Source: a virus
Taxonomy: Duplodnaviria > Heunggongvirae > Uroviricota > Caudoviricetes
Direction: 5' to 3' (one strand)
IMG/VR virus record: IMGVR_UViG_2737471824_000004
Coordinates: 1-30,523 of that record
Length of the DNA stretch: 30,523 nt
Numbering within the stretch: position 1 is the first letter of the stretch; each line of letters opens with the position of its first letter. The notes beneath the pieces were generated by a model. The model was not told the origin of the DNA, did no database searches, and saw only the letters and a program-made list of their open reading frames with translations. Below, in pieces: positions 15,277 to 23,699 of this stretch. Both the position numbers and the translations under genes were made by a program.

Positions 15277-15300
15277 ACCCGCCTCGGCGGGTTTTTGTTT
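15277..15300 (+). terminator. intrinsic terminator (ACCCGCC-TC-GGCGGGT plus T-run)
   Basis: Direct reading. Confidence 0.6.
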
Positions 15301-15371
15301 TACGTATTCTGGTTTACAATCCACAGGCCAGCCTGAACAACTGGCACCTGCTGCGCCAGCAGAGACAACCG

Positions 15372-15650
15372 ATGGCGCACGATACCAAATTATACAATTC
15401 TGATGATTCTGCCGTCTTTGCCAGCAGGCGCGGACGGTGTTTTCACGCATTCAAATCTGACTGGTACCAGCATCCCCCATGCACTGAAGAACAGGCCGAG
15501 TGGCTAATTCAGTGCTACCGCAGACACGGATACGAGATTAAGAAAGCCCTCAGCCTCGATTATCGTCACTGGATAATCTCCGTCAGGCTTCCTTACTCTG
15601 AACGCCCACCGCGTCCGTCCCGCACATTCCAGCAACGCATCTGGAGGTAA
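15372..15650 (+). CDS. hypothetical protein (92 aa), just upstream of the DUF968 gene
   Basis: ORF-track ORF; weak RBS. Confidence 0.35.
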   Translation: MAHDTKLYNSDDSAVFASRRGRCFHAFKSDWYQHPPCTEEQAEWLIQCYRRHGYEIKKALSLDYRHWIISVRLPYSERPPRPSRTFQQRIWR

Positions 15651-15651
15651 C

Positions 15652-16710
15652 GTGCGGGTATTACTTCGACCTGTTCTGGTACCGGAACTCGGGCTGGTGA
15701 TCGTTAAGCCGGGCCGTGAATCCATGCCGGTATTCCACAATACCCGGGTATTGGTGGAGCCGGAACCGAAAAGCATGCGTAATCTGCCGTCCGGGGTCGT
15801 TCCTGCCGTTCGCCAGCCGCTGGTGGAAGACAAAACATTGCTGCCGTTTTTCAGTAACGCACGGGTGATTCGTGCTGCTGGTGGTGCTGGTGCATTGTCT
15901 GACTGGCTGTTGCGCCATATTAAATCCTGCCAGTGGCCACACGGCGATTATCATCACAGCGAAACCGTCATTCACCGTTATGGTACCGGCGCAATGGTGT
16001 TGTGCTGGCACTGCGACAACCAGCTGCGTGACCAGACATCCGAATCACTCGAGCAACTTGCTCATCAAAACCTGTCAGCATGGATGATTGACGTCATCGG
16101 TCACGCAATAAGCGGTACGCAGGAGCGTGAATTATCTCTGGCTGAATTATCTTGGTGGGCGGTCCGCAATCAGGTGGCGGACGCGCTACCGGAAGCGGTA
16201 TTACGTCGTTCGCTGGGGTTGCGTGCGGAAAAAATCCGCTCAATGTACCGTGAAAGCGACATCGTACCGGGAGAGCAGACCGCCACCAGCATACTGAAAC
16301 AGCGCACAAAAAATCTTGCGCCGCTGCCTCACGCCCACCAGCAACAGAACCCGCCACAGGAAAAGACGGTGGTCAGCATTGCTGTTGATCCGGAGTCACC
16401 GGCTCAGTATCTCCAGCGCCAGAAACCACAACGGGAAGAGATGCCTGTATACACGCGCTGGGTAAAAACGCAGAAATGCATGACGTGCGGTAATCAGGCA
16501 GATGATCCGCATCACATCATTGGTCATGGACTGGGAGGGATGGGAACAAAGGCTGATGATTTGTTCGTTATTCCGCTGTGCCGTAAATGCCATAACGAAC
16601 TACACGCCGGGGTAAAAGATTTTGAAGAAAAACACGGCAGCCAGCTGTTGTTGCTGATTCGTTTTTTAATGCACGCGAAAAATTCGGGCGTCCTGAAGTG
16701 GAAATCATAA
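15652..16710 (+). CDS. DUF968-family prophage protein (YdfU-like, 352 aa) with C-terminal Cys/His-rich HNH-like motif
   Basis: GTG start after GGAGG; C-terminal CMTCG...HHIIGH...CRKCHNELH; position before rusA and Q matches Qin ydfU. Confidence 0.6.
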   Translation: MRVLLRPVLVPELGLVIVKPGRESMPVFHNTRVLVEPEPKSMRNLPSGVVPAVRQPLVEDKTLLPFFSNARVIRAAGGAGALSDWLLRHIKSCQWPHGDYHHSETVIHRYGTGAMVLCWHCDNQLRDQTSESLEQLAHQNLSAWMIDVIGHAISGTQERELSLAELSWWAVRNQVADALPEAVLRRSLGLRAEKIRSMYRESDIVPGEQTATSILKQRTKNLAPLPHAHQQQNPPQEKTVVSIAVDPESPAQYLQRQKPQREEMPVYTRWVKTQKCMTCGNQADDPHHIIGHGLGGMGTKADDLFVIPLCRKCHNELHAGVKDFEEKHGSQLLLLIRFLMHAKNSGVLKWKS

Positions 16711-17088
16711 ATGACTGAACGCATAGAATTTGTTTTGCCTTACCCGCCGACGGTGAATACTTACTGGCGACGTCGCGGCAGCACATATTTTGTATCAAAA
16801 GCCGGTGAGCGTTATCGCCGAGATGTGGCGCTTATTGTTCGCCATCAGCAACTGAAATTAAACCTCTCCGGAAGGCTGGCGATAAAGATTATTGCAGAGC
16901 CACCGGATAAGCGCCGTCGTGACCTGGACAATATCCTGAAAGCACCGCTGGATGCACTAACGCATGCGGGACTGCTTATCGATGACGAGCAGTTTGATGA
17001 AATCAATATTGTGCGCGGACTGCCTGTTCCTGGTGGGCGGTTGGGCGTGAAGATTTACGAAATTACAGGTGATAACGATGGTGCGTGA
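16711..17088 (+). CDS. rusA: RusA Holliday-junction resolvase (125 aa)
   Basis: [15 protein letters not shown]...[27 protein letters not shown] matches RusA hallmarks. Confidence 0.8.
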   Translation: MTERIEFVLPYPPTVNTYWRRRGSTYFVSKAGERYRRDVALIVRHQQLKLNLSGRLAIKIIAEPPDKRRRDLDNILKAPLDALTHAGLLIDDEQFDEINIVRGLPVPGGRLGVKIYEITGDNDGA

Positions 17089-17464
17089 TATTCAGCAGGT
17101 TATGGAGCGGTGGGGAGCATGGGCTGCGAACAATCACGAAGATGTGTCATGGGCGTCAATCGCTGCTGGTTTTAAAGGATTAATCCCGCCGAAAGTGAAA
17201 TCACGCCCTCAGTGTTCTGATGATGATGCAATGATAATTTGTGGCTGTATGGCCCGGTTGAACAAGAAAAATCAGGATTTGCACGATTTGTTGGTGGATT
17301 ATTACGTAGGTGGAATGACTTTTATGGGGTTGGCACGAAAGCATGGGTGTTCGGATACCTGTATTGGCAAGCGCCTGCAGAAAGCGGAAGGGGTTATTGA
17401 TGGCATGTTGATGATGCTTGATATCCGACTGGAGATGGACAGATACGTAGAACGAATCATGTAG
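17078..17464 (+). CDS. late antiterminator Q (Q21/QuuD-like, 128 aa)
   Basis: [23 protein letters not shown]...[10 protein letters not shown]... resembles DLP12 QuuD as recalled; ATG 17078 with AGGTGA RBS; overlaps the rusA end. Confidence 0.75.
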   Translation: MVRDIQQVMERWGAWAANNHEDVSWASIAAGFKGLIPPKVKSRPQCSDDDAMIICGCMARLNKKNQDLHDLLVDYYVGGMTFMGLARKHGCSDTCIGKRLQKAEGVIDGMLMMLDIRLEMDRYVERIM

Positions 17465-17468
17465 GAGC

Positions 17469-17497
17469 TTGACCAGACACATTGTCCGGGGCTATAT
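17469..17497 (+). promoter_or_regulatory. pR'-like promoter directly after Q (-35 TTGACC, 17-nt spacer, -10 CTATAT/TATATT)
   Basis: Hexamers at 17469..17474 and 17492..17499; homologous to the promoter at 3512..3540. Confidence 0.4.
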
Positions 17498-17560
17498 TCC
17501 TCACGCGTCAGCAAAATCTGGCGTCGGGATTAGGAACCCCGGATAGAGACCGCGACAGAT

Positions 17561-17583
17561 ACACGCCGCGAGCGTGTTTTTTA
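17561..17583 (+). terminator. tR'-like intrinsic terminator (ACACGC-CGCGA-GCGTGT plus T6)
   Basis: Direct reading; about 70 nt downstream of the pR'-like promoter. Confidence 0.5.
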
Positions 17584-17745
17584 TTGTCGTATGCACGCGC
17601 ACATCTGAATTATGGTGGGGCGTATGGGGGAGCTGAAAGGCTCGCCGGTTGGTTTCCCGGTAGTTCCTAACCCTGTACGTCTCACCACCCGATGATTAGG
17701 AACCTGACGGTGGTGATAGTTTAGAAACCACTAGAGGGCGTCATT

Positions 17746-18309
17746 ATGACAACTCAAATCTCTGTTGAAACTCTCTCCCCGATCACCCATAACCAGATTC
17801 CTGTTATTACCACTGAACTTTTGGCGCAGCTTTATGGCACCGAAATTCTGAATATCCAGGTTAACTTCACCAGAAACAAAGAGCGTTTTGTCGCAGGAAA
17901 GCACTTTTTTAAAGCAGCGGGTGAGGAATTAAAAAAATTGCGACTTACTTTAAGTAAGTCACAAAATCCCATCTCTCCCAAAACCCGCTTCCTCATCCTA
18001 TGGACAGAACGCGGAGCTGCCCGCCACGCAAAAATGCTGGAAACAGATCAGGCGTGGGAAGTATTCGAAAAACTGGAAGACTGTTATTTCAGCCAGAAAC
18101 AGCCACCAGCAACACAAAACTCCCCCACCGAAAATGATGGATGCGCATTACTGATCCACTTCGATAAACACGGTCAGGTCGACTTCACGGAAAAAGTACC
18201 CGCCGATGCGATGGTATGCACTCTGGAACGGTTCAAATTTTATCTGGAACAACGCGGCTGGATCGTTGCCAGTAAAGAGCAACTGGTGGAACGACTGATG
18301 CGACTTTAA
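17746..18309 (+). CDS. ORF6N/KilA-N-type antirepressor-like protein with the same C-terminal domain as the Rha protein (187 aa)
   Basis: N-terminal ITTELLAQLYGTE...NKERFVAGKHFF...LWTERGAARHAKML resembles the ORF6N domain; C-terminus LLIHFDKHGQVDFTEKVPADAMVCTLERFKFYLEQRGW parallels the Rha C-terminus; RBS GAGGG. Confidence 0.65.
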   Translation: MTTQISVETLSPITHNQIPVITTELLAQLYGTEILNIQVNFTRNKERFVAGKHFFKAAGEELKKLRLTLSKSQNPISPKTRFLILWTERGAARHAKMLETDQAWEVFEKLEDCYFSQKQPPATQNSPTENDGCALLIHFDKHGQVDFTEKVPADAMVCTLERFKFYLEQRGWIVASKEQLVERLMRL

Positions 18310-18385
18310 AAATTTTCCCCGAACACTTTACGATCGTAAAAAGTTGAATATCCTGTTAAGAGTGGTTACTACGCCACACAGCTTA

Positions 18386-18410
18386 AACCCGCCGATGAGC
18401 GGGTTTTTTT
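18386..18410 (+). terminator. intrinsic terminator (AACCCGC-CGATGA-GCGGGTT plus T7)
   Basis: Direct reading. Confidence 0.6.
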
Positions 18411-18533
18411 GTGCCTGAAAAGCAGTACAGGACGTTAAATGCGCTGGTGGTTGCGAATACCGGCCTTTCAACTTGCTGGCTTTTTCGACAAGAGTTATTG
18501 GTATGTCACGTTAACCAGAAAAGGGAAAAAGAC

Positions 18534-18731
18534 ATGCTAAAACAGCAGGATATGAGCGAAACCGCCAGAGTGGTGTTTAATGAATTAAGCGTCACCGAAC
18601 CAGCGACCGTCGGGGAGATTGCGCAGAATACTTACCTTTCACGCGAATGCTGCCAGTTAATACTGACCCAGCTTGTTATGGCGGGCCTGGCAGATTATCA
18701 GTTCGGTTGTTACAGACGCCTTCCGCAGTGA
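18534..18731 (+). CDS. hypothetical small protein (65 aa)
   Basis: In-frame ATG at 18534 with purine-rich RBS; the track start at 18411 is GTG and overlaps the terminator. Confidence 0.4.
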   Translation: MLKQQDMSETARVVFNELSVTEPATVGEIAQNTYLSRECCQLILTQLVMAGLADYQFGCYRRLPQ

Positions 18732-18881
18732 AGGCTTTTTAATTTGTGGTAATGGGCGGCTGGTGGGTGTTAGCGGCACCTGCCAGCCATCTGCTCATGC
18801 GTTGGGGTCACAAGCAAACCTCAGGCCCATCTGCTTTGCGCAAAAGCGGTATGAGCCTATCAGAGAAGCGCTTATTGATCT

Positions 18882-19943
18882 ATGGCTAATACTGTAAAAA
18901 TATCCAGTTGTGAGTTAATCAACGCTGATTGCCTGGAATTTATCCAGACCTTACCGGAAAACTCTGTCGATCTGATAGTCACAGACCCACCATACTTTAA
19001 AGTGAAGCCAGATGGCTGGGATAACCAGTGGAAGGGCGATGATGATTACCTGAAATGGCTGGATCAGTGTCTGGCGCAGTTCTGGCGGGTGTTAAAACCT
19101 GCCGGAAGCCTTTACCTGTTCTGCGGTCATCGTCTGGCATCTGATATCGAAATCATGATGCGTGAACGCTTTAATGTGCTGAACCACATTATCTGGGCGA
19201 AGCCGTCCGGACGTTGGAATGGGTGTAATAAAGAAAGTCTGCGCGCATATTTTCCTGCCACAGAGCGCGTTCTGTTTGCTGAACATTACCAGGGGCCATA
19301 TCGCGGCAAAAGTGACGGCTATGCAGCAAAAGAAAGGAAACTCAAACAGCACATAATGGCACCGCTGATATCGTATTTCAGGGATGCTCGTGCCGAACTG
19401 GGTATAACGGCAAAACAAATTGCCGAAGCCACAGGTAAGAAAAATATGGTTTCCCACTGGTTTGGTGCCAGTCAGTGGCAGTTGCCGAATGAGGCTGACT
19501 ACCGGAAGTTACAGGCACTGTTTTCCCGTATAGCGGCAGAGAAGTTTCAGGAACAACAACTGGAACAACCACACCACCAGTTGGTGGCATCTTATGATTC
19601 ACTGAATCGCAAATATTCTGAATTGCTGGATGAGTTTAAATCTCTCCGGCGCTGGTTCTCCGTATCAGTCTCCGTGCCTTATACCGATGTCTGGATGCAT
19701 AAACCCGTTCAGTTCTACCCGGGCAAACATCCGTGTGAGAAACCGGCGGATATGCTCAGGCAAATAATCAATGCCAGTAGTCGACCTGGCGATCTGGTTG
19801 CTGATTTCTTTATGGGATCCGGTTCCACAATAAAAGCAGCAATGGCGCTGGGGCGTCGGGCATTAGGTGTTGAGCTTGAGACAGAACGGTTCAATAAGAC
19901 CATTCAGGAAATCAGTATGTTATCAGCAAATACAATTTTGTGA
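18882..19943 (+). CDS. DNA methyltransferase, N6-adenine/N4-cytosine family (beta class; 353 aa)
   Basis: Motif IV DPPY (IVTDPPYF) before motif I FxGSGS (FFMGSGSTIKAA); no adjacent restriction gene. Confidence 0.8.
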   Translation: MANTVKISSCELINADCLEFIQTLPENSVDLIVTDPPYFKVKPDGWDNQWKGDDDYLKWLDQCLAQFWRVLKPAGSLYLFCGHRLASDIEIMMRERFNVLNHIIWAKPSGRWNGCNKESLRAYFPATERVLFAEHYQGPYRGKSDGYAAKERKLKQHIMAPLISYFRDARAELGITAKQIAEATGKKNMVSHWFGASQWQLPNEADYRKLQALFSRIAAEKFQEQQLEQPHHQLVASYDSLNRKYSELLDEFKSLRRWFSVSVSVPYTDVWMHKPVQFYPGKHPCEKPADMLRQIINASSRPGDLVADFFMGSGSTIKAAMALGRRALGVELETERFNKTIQEISMLSANTIL

Positions 19944-20184
19944 ATTAACTCAATTATTAGTGGGACATCTGTTACGTATAATCCGTAACAACACGGTGCA
20001 TCCTGCAATGTAGCAGGGCTGATGTGGTATGATGTAATAAGGATTTTCATCATTTTCATGAGCATCAAAAGTTAAAGGGAGCGAGCCACGGTTGACCACG
20101 CCAAAGGCTCATCGGTAAAAATCCGACACCGTGTCTTCTTAACTCACTTATTGTTTCCACCCATGTTTTTGGATACCTGCTGTA

Positions 20185-20221
20185 GCTGTCAGATTAGCGC
20201 GATAATCTGACAGCTTTTTTT
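20185..20221 (+). terminator. strong intrinsic terminator (12-bp stem GCTGTCAGATTA/TAATCTGACAGC plus T7)
   Basis: Direct reading. Confidence 0.6.
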
Positions 20222-20513
20222 ACAACGAATCCTTCTGATCTGCTTTTGCGGGGCTTTTTTGTATCCGCTCCATGCCCGGCGTATAAGCGGAGGTTGGTCA
20301 GTTTTCTAAAAATTGAAATACCTCACAATTCAGCCAGTTAATGGTTGTTTGTCTGGCGAAGAGTTTGTAAATAAAAAAACGCATGGTGAATCCCCCTAAG
20401 CGGCGGGGCGAATCAGCAGTCAGTTCTGGGATAATCGCGGGTTTGTATGCTGATGCCGGACTCACCGGGAGGCACCCGGCACCATGCATCATGGTCATCC
20501 CCTTGTATGATAC

Positions 20514-20568
20514 CCCTCTCCGGAGGGGTATTTTTTGGATAAAAAAGCCCGCGCTGGGAGGCACGGGC
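20514..20568. terminator. back-to-back terminator-like hairpins (plus: CCCCTC-TCCG-GAGGGG plus T6 at 20514..20537; minus: hairpin 20547..20568 with T6 on the minus strand)
   Basis: Direct reading. Confidence 0.4.
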
Positions 20569-20969
20569 GGCAAGGAATAAAACGTGAAGAAATTTTCACA
20601 GGCGCATAATAATCCGATGTTGCCAGATTTTGCAACTGCAGCATCTGGTTATTATGTGAGCTGGAAAATCAGATTCTGTATGGACTGAAGCCATGCTGTT
20701 ATTTAGGGCCAAAGAGCTGGCTTTTTCCCGCCTTCTCTCCAGTAACGATTAATGAGAAAAGAATGAAATGCTTTTCCTGGGGAGGAGGGCAGTAGAAAAA
20801 AGAACCCGCCAGCAAAAATATGGGGGATGAACAGCTTTTGCTACTCAGGTTGCTGGCGGGTATGGTTCTTCATGAAATAAGAATGTTACGCTGTATTTTT
20901 AATGAAAATGATAATCATTGTCAATTGGTTGTGCGTATTTTTTCATACATGACTGGTAAAGGTGATTCA

Positions 20970-21000
20970 GGCCATCAGAGTTTTGCTGATGGCCTTTTTT
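20970..21000 (+). terminator. intrinsic terminator immediately upstream of the holin (GGCCATCAG-AGTTTTG-CTGATGGCC plus T6)
   Basis: Direct reading. Confidence 0.55.
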
Positions 21001-21033
21001 CTTTCCGGTAGCACAGGTCTGTCGGGGCGGGAT

Positions 21034-21249
21034 ATGTATCAGATGGAAAAAATATCAACAGGCATTGCCTACGGCGCCTCCGCAGGCAGTGCTGGCTACT
21101 GGTTTTTACAATGGCTTGATCAGGTTAGTCCGTCTCAGTGGGCTGCGATTGGTGTGCTGGGGAGCCTGTTCCTGGGTTTTCTGACTTATCTGACGAATCT
21201 GTACTTCAAGATAAAAGAGGACCGTCGCAAGGCGGCGCGGGGAGAGTAA
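21034..21249 (+). CDS. class II pinholin, S21-like (71 aa) with dual-start motif MYQM
   Basis: [38 protein letters not shown]...[13 protein letters not shown] matches phage 21 S as recalled; ATGs at 21034 and 21043. Confidence 0.8.
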   Translation: MYQMEKISTGIAYGASAGSAGYWFLQWLDQVSPSQWAAIGVLGSLFLGFLTYLTNLYFKIKEDRRKAARGE

Positions 21250-21253
21250 TTCA

Positions 21254-21805
21254 ATGATTAAAAGCTATGAGTTGATTGTGAAAGGAACCCGCAATTTTGA
21301 GAATAAAGTCTCGGTAATTGTAGCCTTACAGGATAAAGAACGTTTTGCCGGTGAAATTGTTGATCTGAATATCAGCATGGATCGTGTTGAAGGGGCAACG
21401 CTGGAGTTTTACGAGACAGAGGCAATCAAACAGGCAAAGATATTGTTCCGGGATATTGCTGCCGGGTTATGTGAAGGGAACGAACCGTTGCCGGGAAAGC
21501 GCCCCATAATTTTAGAGGCGCAGAATGTGTGGATAACCTACAGAGGAAAACTACCGGGAAGAATTACTGGTTCTCTGAAGACGCCACCTACGGCATTGTG
21601 GTCAGAAAAAGATGATATTGAATCGCTCATTGAAAAACTGGAGGGCAGCGTCGCTGATCTGAATAAAAAATTGTCGGTGCTGATTCCTTCTGAAGATGAA
21701 AAAAAACACCGCGATGAGCAGTTTGCGGCGTTTTACGATTATTGCATTGAAGTTACTCGCAGGAATTTTGTGAAGATTTTTGAGGAGGGTAAATCTCTTC
21801 AGTAA
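21254..21805 (+). CDS. hypothetical protein (183 aa) inserted between holin and endolysin; low GC
   Basis: ATG 21254 preceded by GGAGAG inside the holin 3' end; no recognisable family. Confidence 0.55.
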   Translation: MIKSYELIVKGTRNFENKVSVIVALQDKERFAGEIVDLNISMDRVEGATLEFYETEAIKQAKILFRDIAAGLCEGNEPLPGKRPIILEAQNVWITYRGKLPGRITGSLKTPPTALWSEKDDIESLIEKLEGSVADLNKKLSVLIPSEDEKKHRDEQFAAFYDYCIEVTRRNFVKIFEEGKSLQ

Positions 21806-22013
21806 GCTTAATGGCGGACGCTGCAATTAATTCAGGAAGGTCCACAAGGTCATCTGTCAGTGAATATGATGAAAAATCGGCGGCAGTTCTGTTAAGAAGC
21901 GCTTTAACTAATTCCTTTTCCTTCTCTGGCAACAAGTTGATTAGAGCTACGACTGCTTGCCTGAGTGCGATTAAATCAGCAAAAGTTTGTTTTGGTAGAT
22001 TTGTGTAATCCAT
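21753..22013 (-). CDS. hypothetical protein (86 aa), convergent with and overlapping 21254..21805
   Basis: ATG 22013 (MDYTNLPKQTF...) with GAGGTG RBS; 3' ends of the two genes overlap by about 53 nt. Confidence 0.45.
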   Translation of the reverse strand: MDYTNLPKQTFADLIALRQAVVALINLLPEKEKELVKALLNRTAADFSSYSLTDDLVDLPELIAASAIKLTEEIYPPQKSSQNSCE

Positions 22014-22126
22014 AGTCACCTCTGTGTTTATCAGATTGACATCCTCCTCCCGCCAGTGCCCATCACTGGCGAGGTAAGATTTAACATATCCGGGGATTTG
22101 AAGCCGATAAATCCTGATAAATACCC

Positions 22127-22660
22127 ATGAACGTAAAAATCAGATACAGCCTGTCGGCTGCTGTTCTGGCACTGATTGCCGCCAGTGCTCCTGCCCCTGA
22201 CATTCTCGATCAGTTTCTGGATGAAAAAGAGGGGAATCACACCACTGCATACCTCGATGGCTCCGGCATCTGGACCATCTGTCGGGGTGCCACGATGGTG
22301 GATGGAAAACCCGTTTTTCCCGGTATGAAACTGTCGAAGGAAAAATGCGACCAGGTTAACGCCATTGAACGTGATAAGGCGCTGGCATGGGTGGAACGTA
22401 ATATTAAAGTACCACTGACCGAACCCCAGAAAGCGGGTATCGCGTCATTTTGCCCCTATAACATTGGCCCCGGTAAGTGTTTCCCGTCAACGTTTTATAA
22501 GCGGCTTAATGCAGGTGATCGTAAAGGTGCCTGCGAGGCGATTCGCTGGTGGATTAAGGACAGGGGGCACGATTGCCGCATTCGTTCAAATAACTGTTAT
22601 GGTCAGGTTATTCGTCGTGACCAGGAAAGCGCATTAGCCTGTTGGGGGATAGAGCAGTGA
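22127..22660 (+). CDS. SAR endolysin (R21-type lysozyme, 177 aa)
   Basis: N-terminal signal-arrest-release segment ([16 protein letters not shown]) and E...D...T triad region [20 protein letters not shown]. Confidence 0.85.
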   Translation: MNVKIRYSLSAAVLALIAASAPAPDILDQFLDEKEGNHTTAYLDGSGIWTICRGATMVDGKPVFPGMKLSKEKCDQVNAIERDKALAWVERNIKVPLTEPQKAGIASFCPYNIGPGKCFPSTFYKRLNAGDRKGACEAIRWWIKDRGHDCRIRSNNCYGQVIRRDQESALACWGIEQ

Positions 22661-23121
22661 GAAGAGTAATCGCGATTATTTATGCTCTGGTTATCTGCAT
22701 CATCGTCTGCCTGTCATGGGCTGTTAATCATTACCGTGATAATGCCATTACCTATAAAGCCCAGCGCGATAAAAATGCCAGAGAACTGAAGCTGGCAAAC
22801 TCGACAATTACTGATATGCAGGTGCGCCAGCGTGATGTTGCTGTGCTCGATGCAAAATACACGAAGGAGTTAGCTGATGCGAAAGCTGAAAATGATGCTC
22901 TGCGTGATGATGTTGCCGCTGGTCGTCGTCGGTTGCGCATCAAAGCAGTCTGTCAGTCAGTGCGTGAAGCCACCACCGCCTCCGGCATGGATAATGCAGT
23001 CTCCCCCAGACTGGCAGACGTCGCTGAACGGGATTATTTTACCCTCAGAGAACGAGTGATGGTGATGCAGAAACAACTGGAAGGAGCGCAAGAATATATC
23101 CGTACTCAATGTCTGAAATAA
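22657..23121 (+). CDS. Rz i-spanin (154 aa)
   Basis: GTG 22657 overlapping the endolysin stop; N-terminal TM then coiled-coil ([18 protein letters not shown]...). Confidence 0.75.
   Translation: MRRVIAIIYALVICIIVCLSWAVNHYRDNAITYKAQRDKNARELKLANSTITDMQVRQRDVAVLDAKYTKELADAKAENDALRDDVAAGRRRLRIKAVCQSVREATTASGMDNAVSPRLADVAERDYFTLRERVMVMQKQLEGAQEYIRTQCLK
22877..23059 (+). CDS. Rz1 o-spanin lipoprotein embedded in +1 frame within Rz (60 aa)
   Basis: AAGGAG RBS 7 nt upstream; lipobox LPLVVVGC; proline-rich. Confidence 0.7.
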   Translation: MRKLKMMLCVMMLPLVVVGCASKQSVSQCVKPPPPPAWIMQSPPDWQTSLNGIILPSENE

Positions 23122-23270
23122 GTTCCCGGATACGCTGTATCGACGCTGTGTTTCCGTATTAACAGAAATAGTTGACTGATGTAGTTGACTTCATGTTCGT
23201 TGGTACGGAAATAATCGAAACGATGCACATCGGATTTTACAGTGTACAAGGTGTGAGGATTTATTTCCCG

Positions 23271-23510
23271 TCATTGTCCATTAGTACGATGGTAAAAGTA
23301 ACCTGACCGGGTATTTAGTTCTTCAGTATTCCGTTGTGCTGTCTTTATTCTCTTCTCTGTTGACAGTCTTCGGCGACAGGCTTCAATGACCCATGCAGAA
23401 AAATTTCCTGATCCTTTTTCTTCAAGAGCAATATGTATCTGCTCGATCATTCGGTTTGGAAAGCGGATGTTACGGGTAGTTGTTCTGCTGGTTTTATTTT
23501 TTGATGACAT
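23271..23510 (-). CDS. hypothetical protein, possibly ribbon-helix-helix DNA-binding (79 aa)
   Basis: RNIRFPNRMIEQIHIALEE...NFSAWVIEACRRRL resembles a CopG/Arc-type strand-helix-helix; weak RBS. Confidence 0.4.
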   Translation of the reverse strand: MSSKNKTSRTTTRNIRFPNRMIEQIHIALEEKGSGNFSAWVIEACRRRLSTEKRIKTAQRNTEELNTRSGYFYHRTNGQ

Positions 23511-23699
23511 GATGTTGTCCCGTGTTCAGTGTTGCTGATTTGTATTGTCTGAAGTTGTTTTTACGTTAAGTTGATGCGGATCAATTAATGCGACACCTGC
23601 GCCAAAATTGATTATTTGCCGTGGTTTCATGGTGTACATAGAAGTTGTGATGGTCTTTATGAACATGATAATTATTATCATTTGAGTGGGTCCTTTCCG

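Noticed and set aside
17583-17745. Possible tRNA downstream of Q (as in Stx phages)
   Set aside because: No T-loop (GTTCRANYC) or cloverleaf could be drawn; the region is explained by the leader homologous to the Rha leader.
20298-20580. Track ORFs 20298..20573 (-) and 20383..20580 (+), also 20820..21011 (+)
   Set aside because: They run through terminator hairpins, lack RBSs and have odd amino-acid composition; more likely non-coding.
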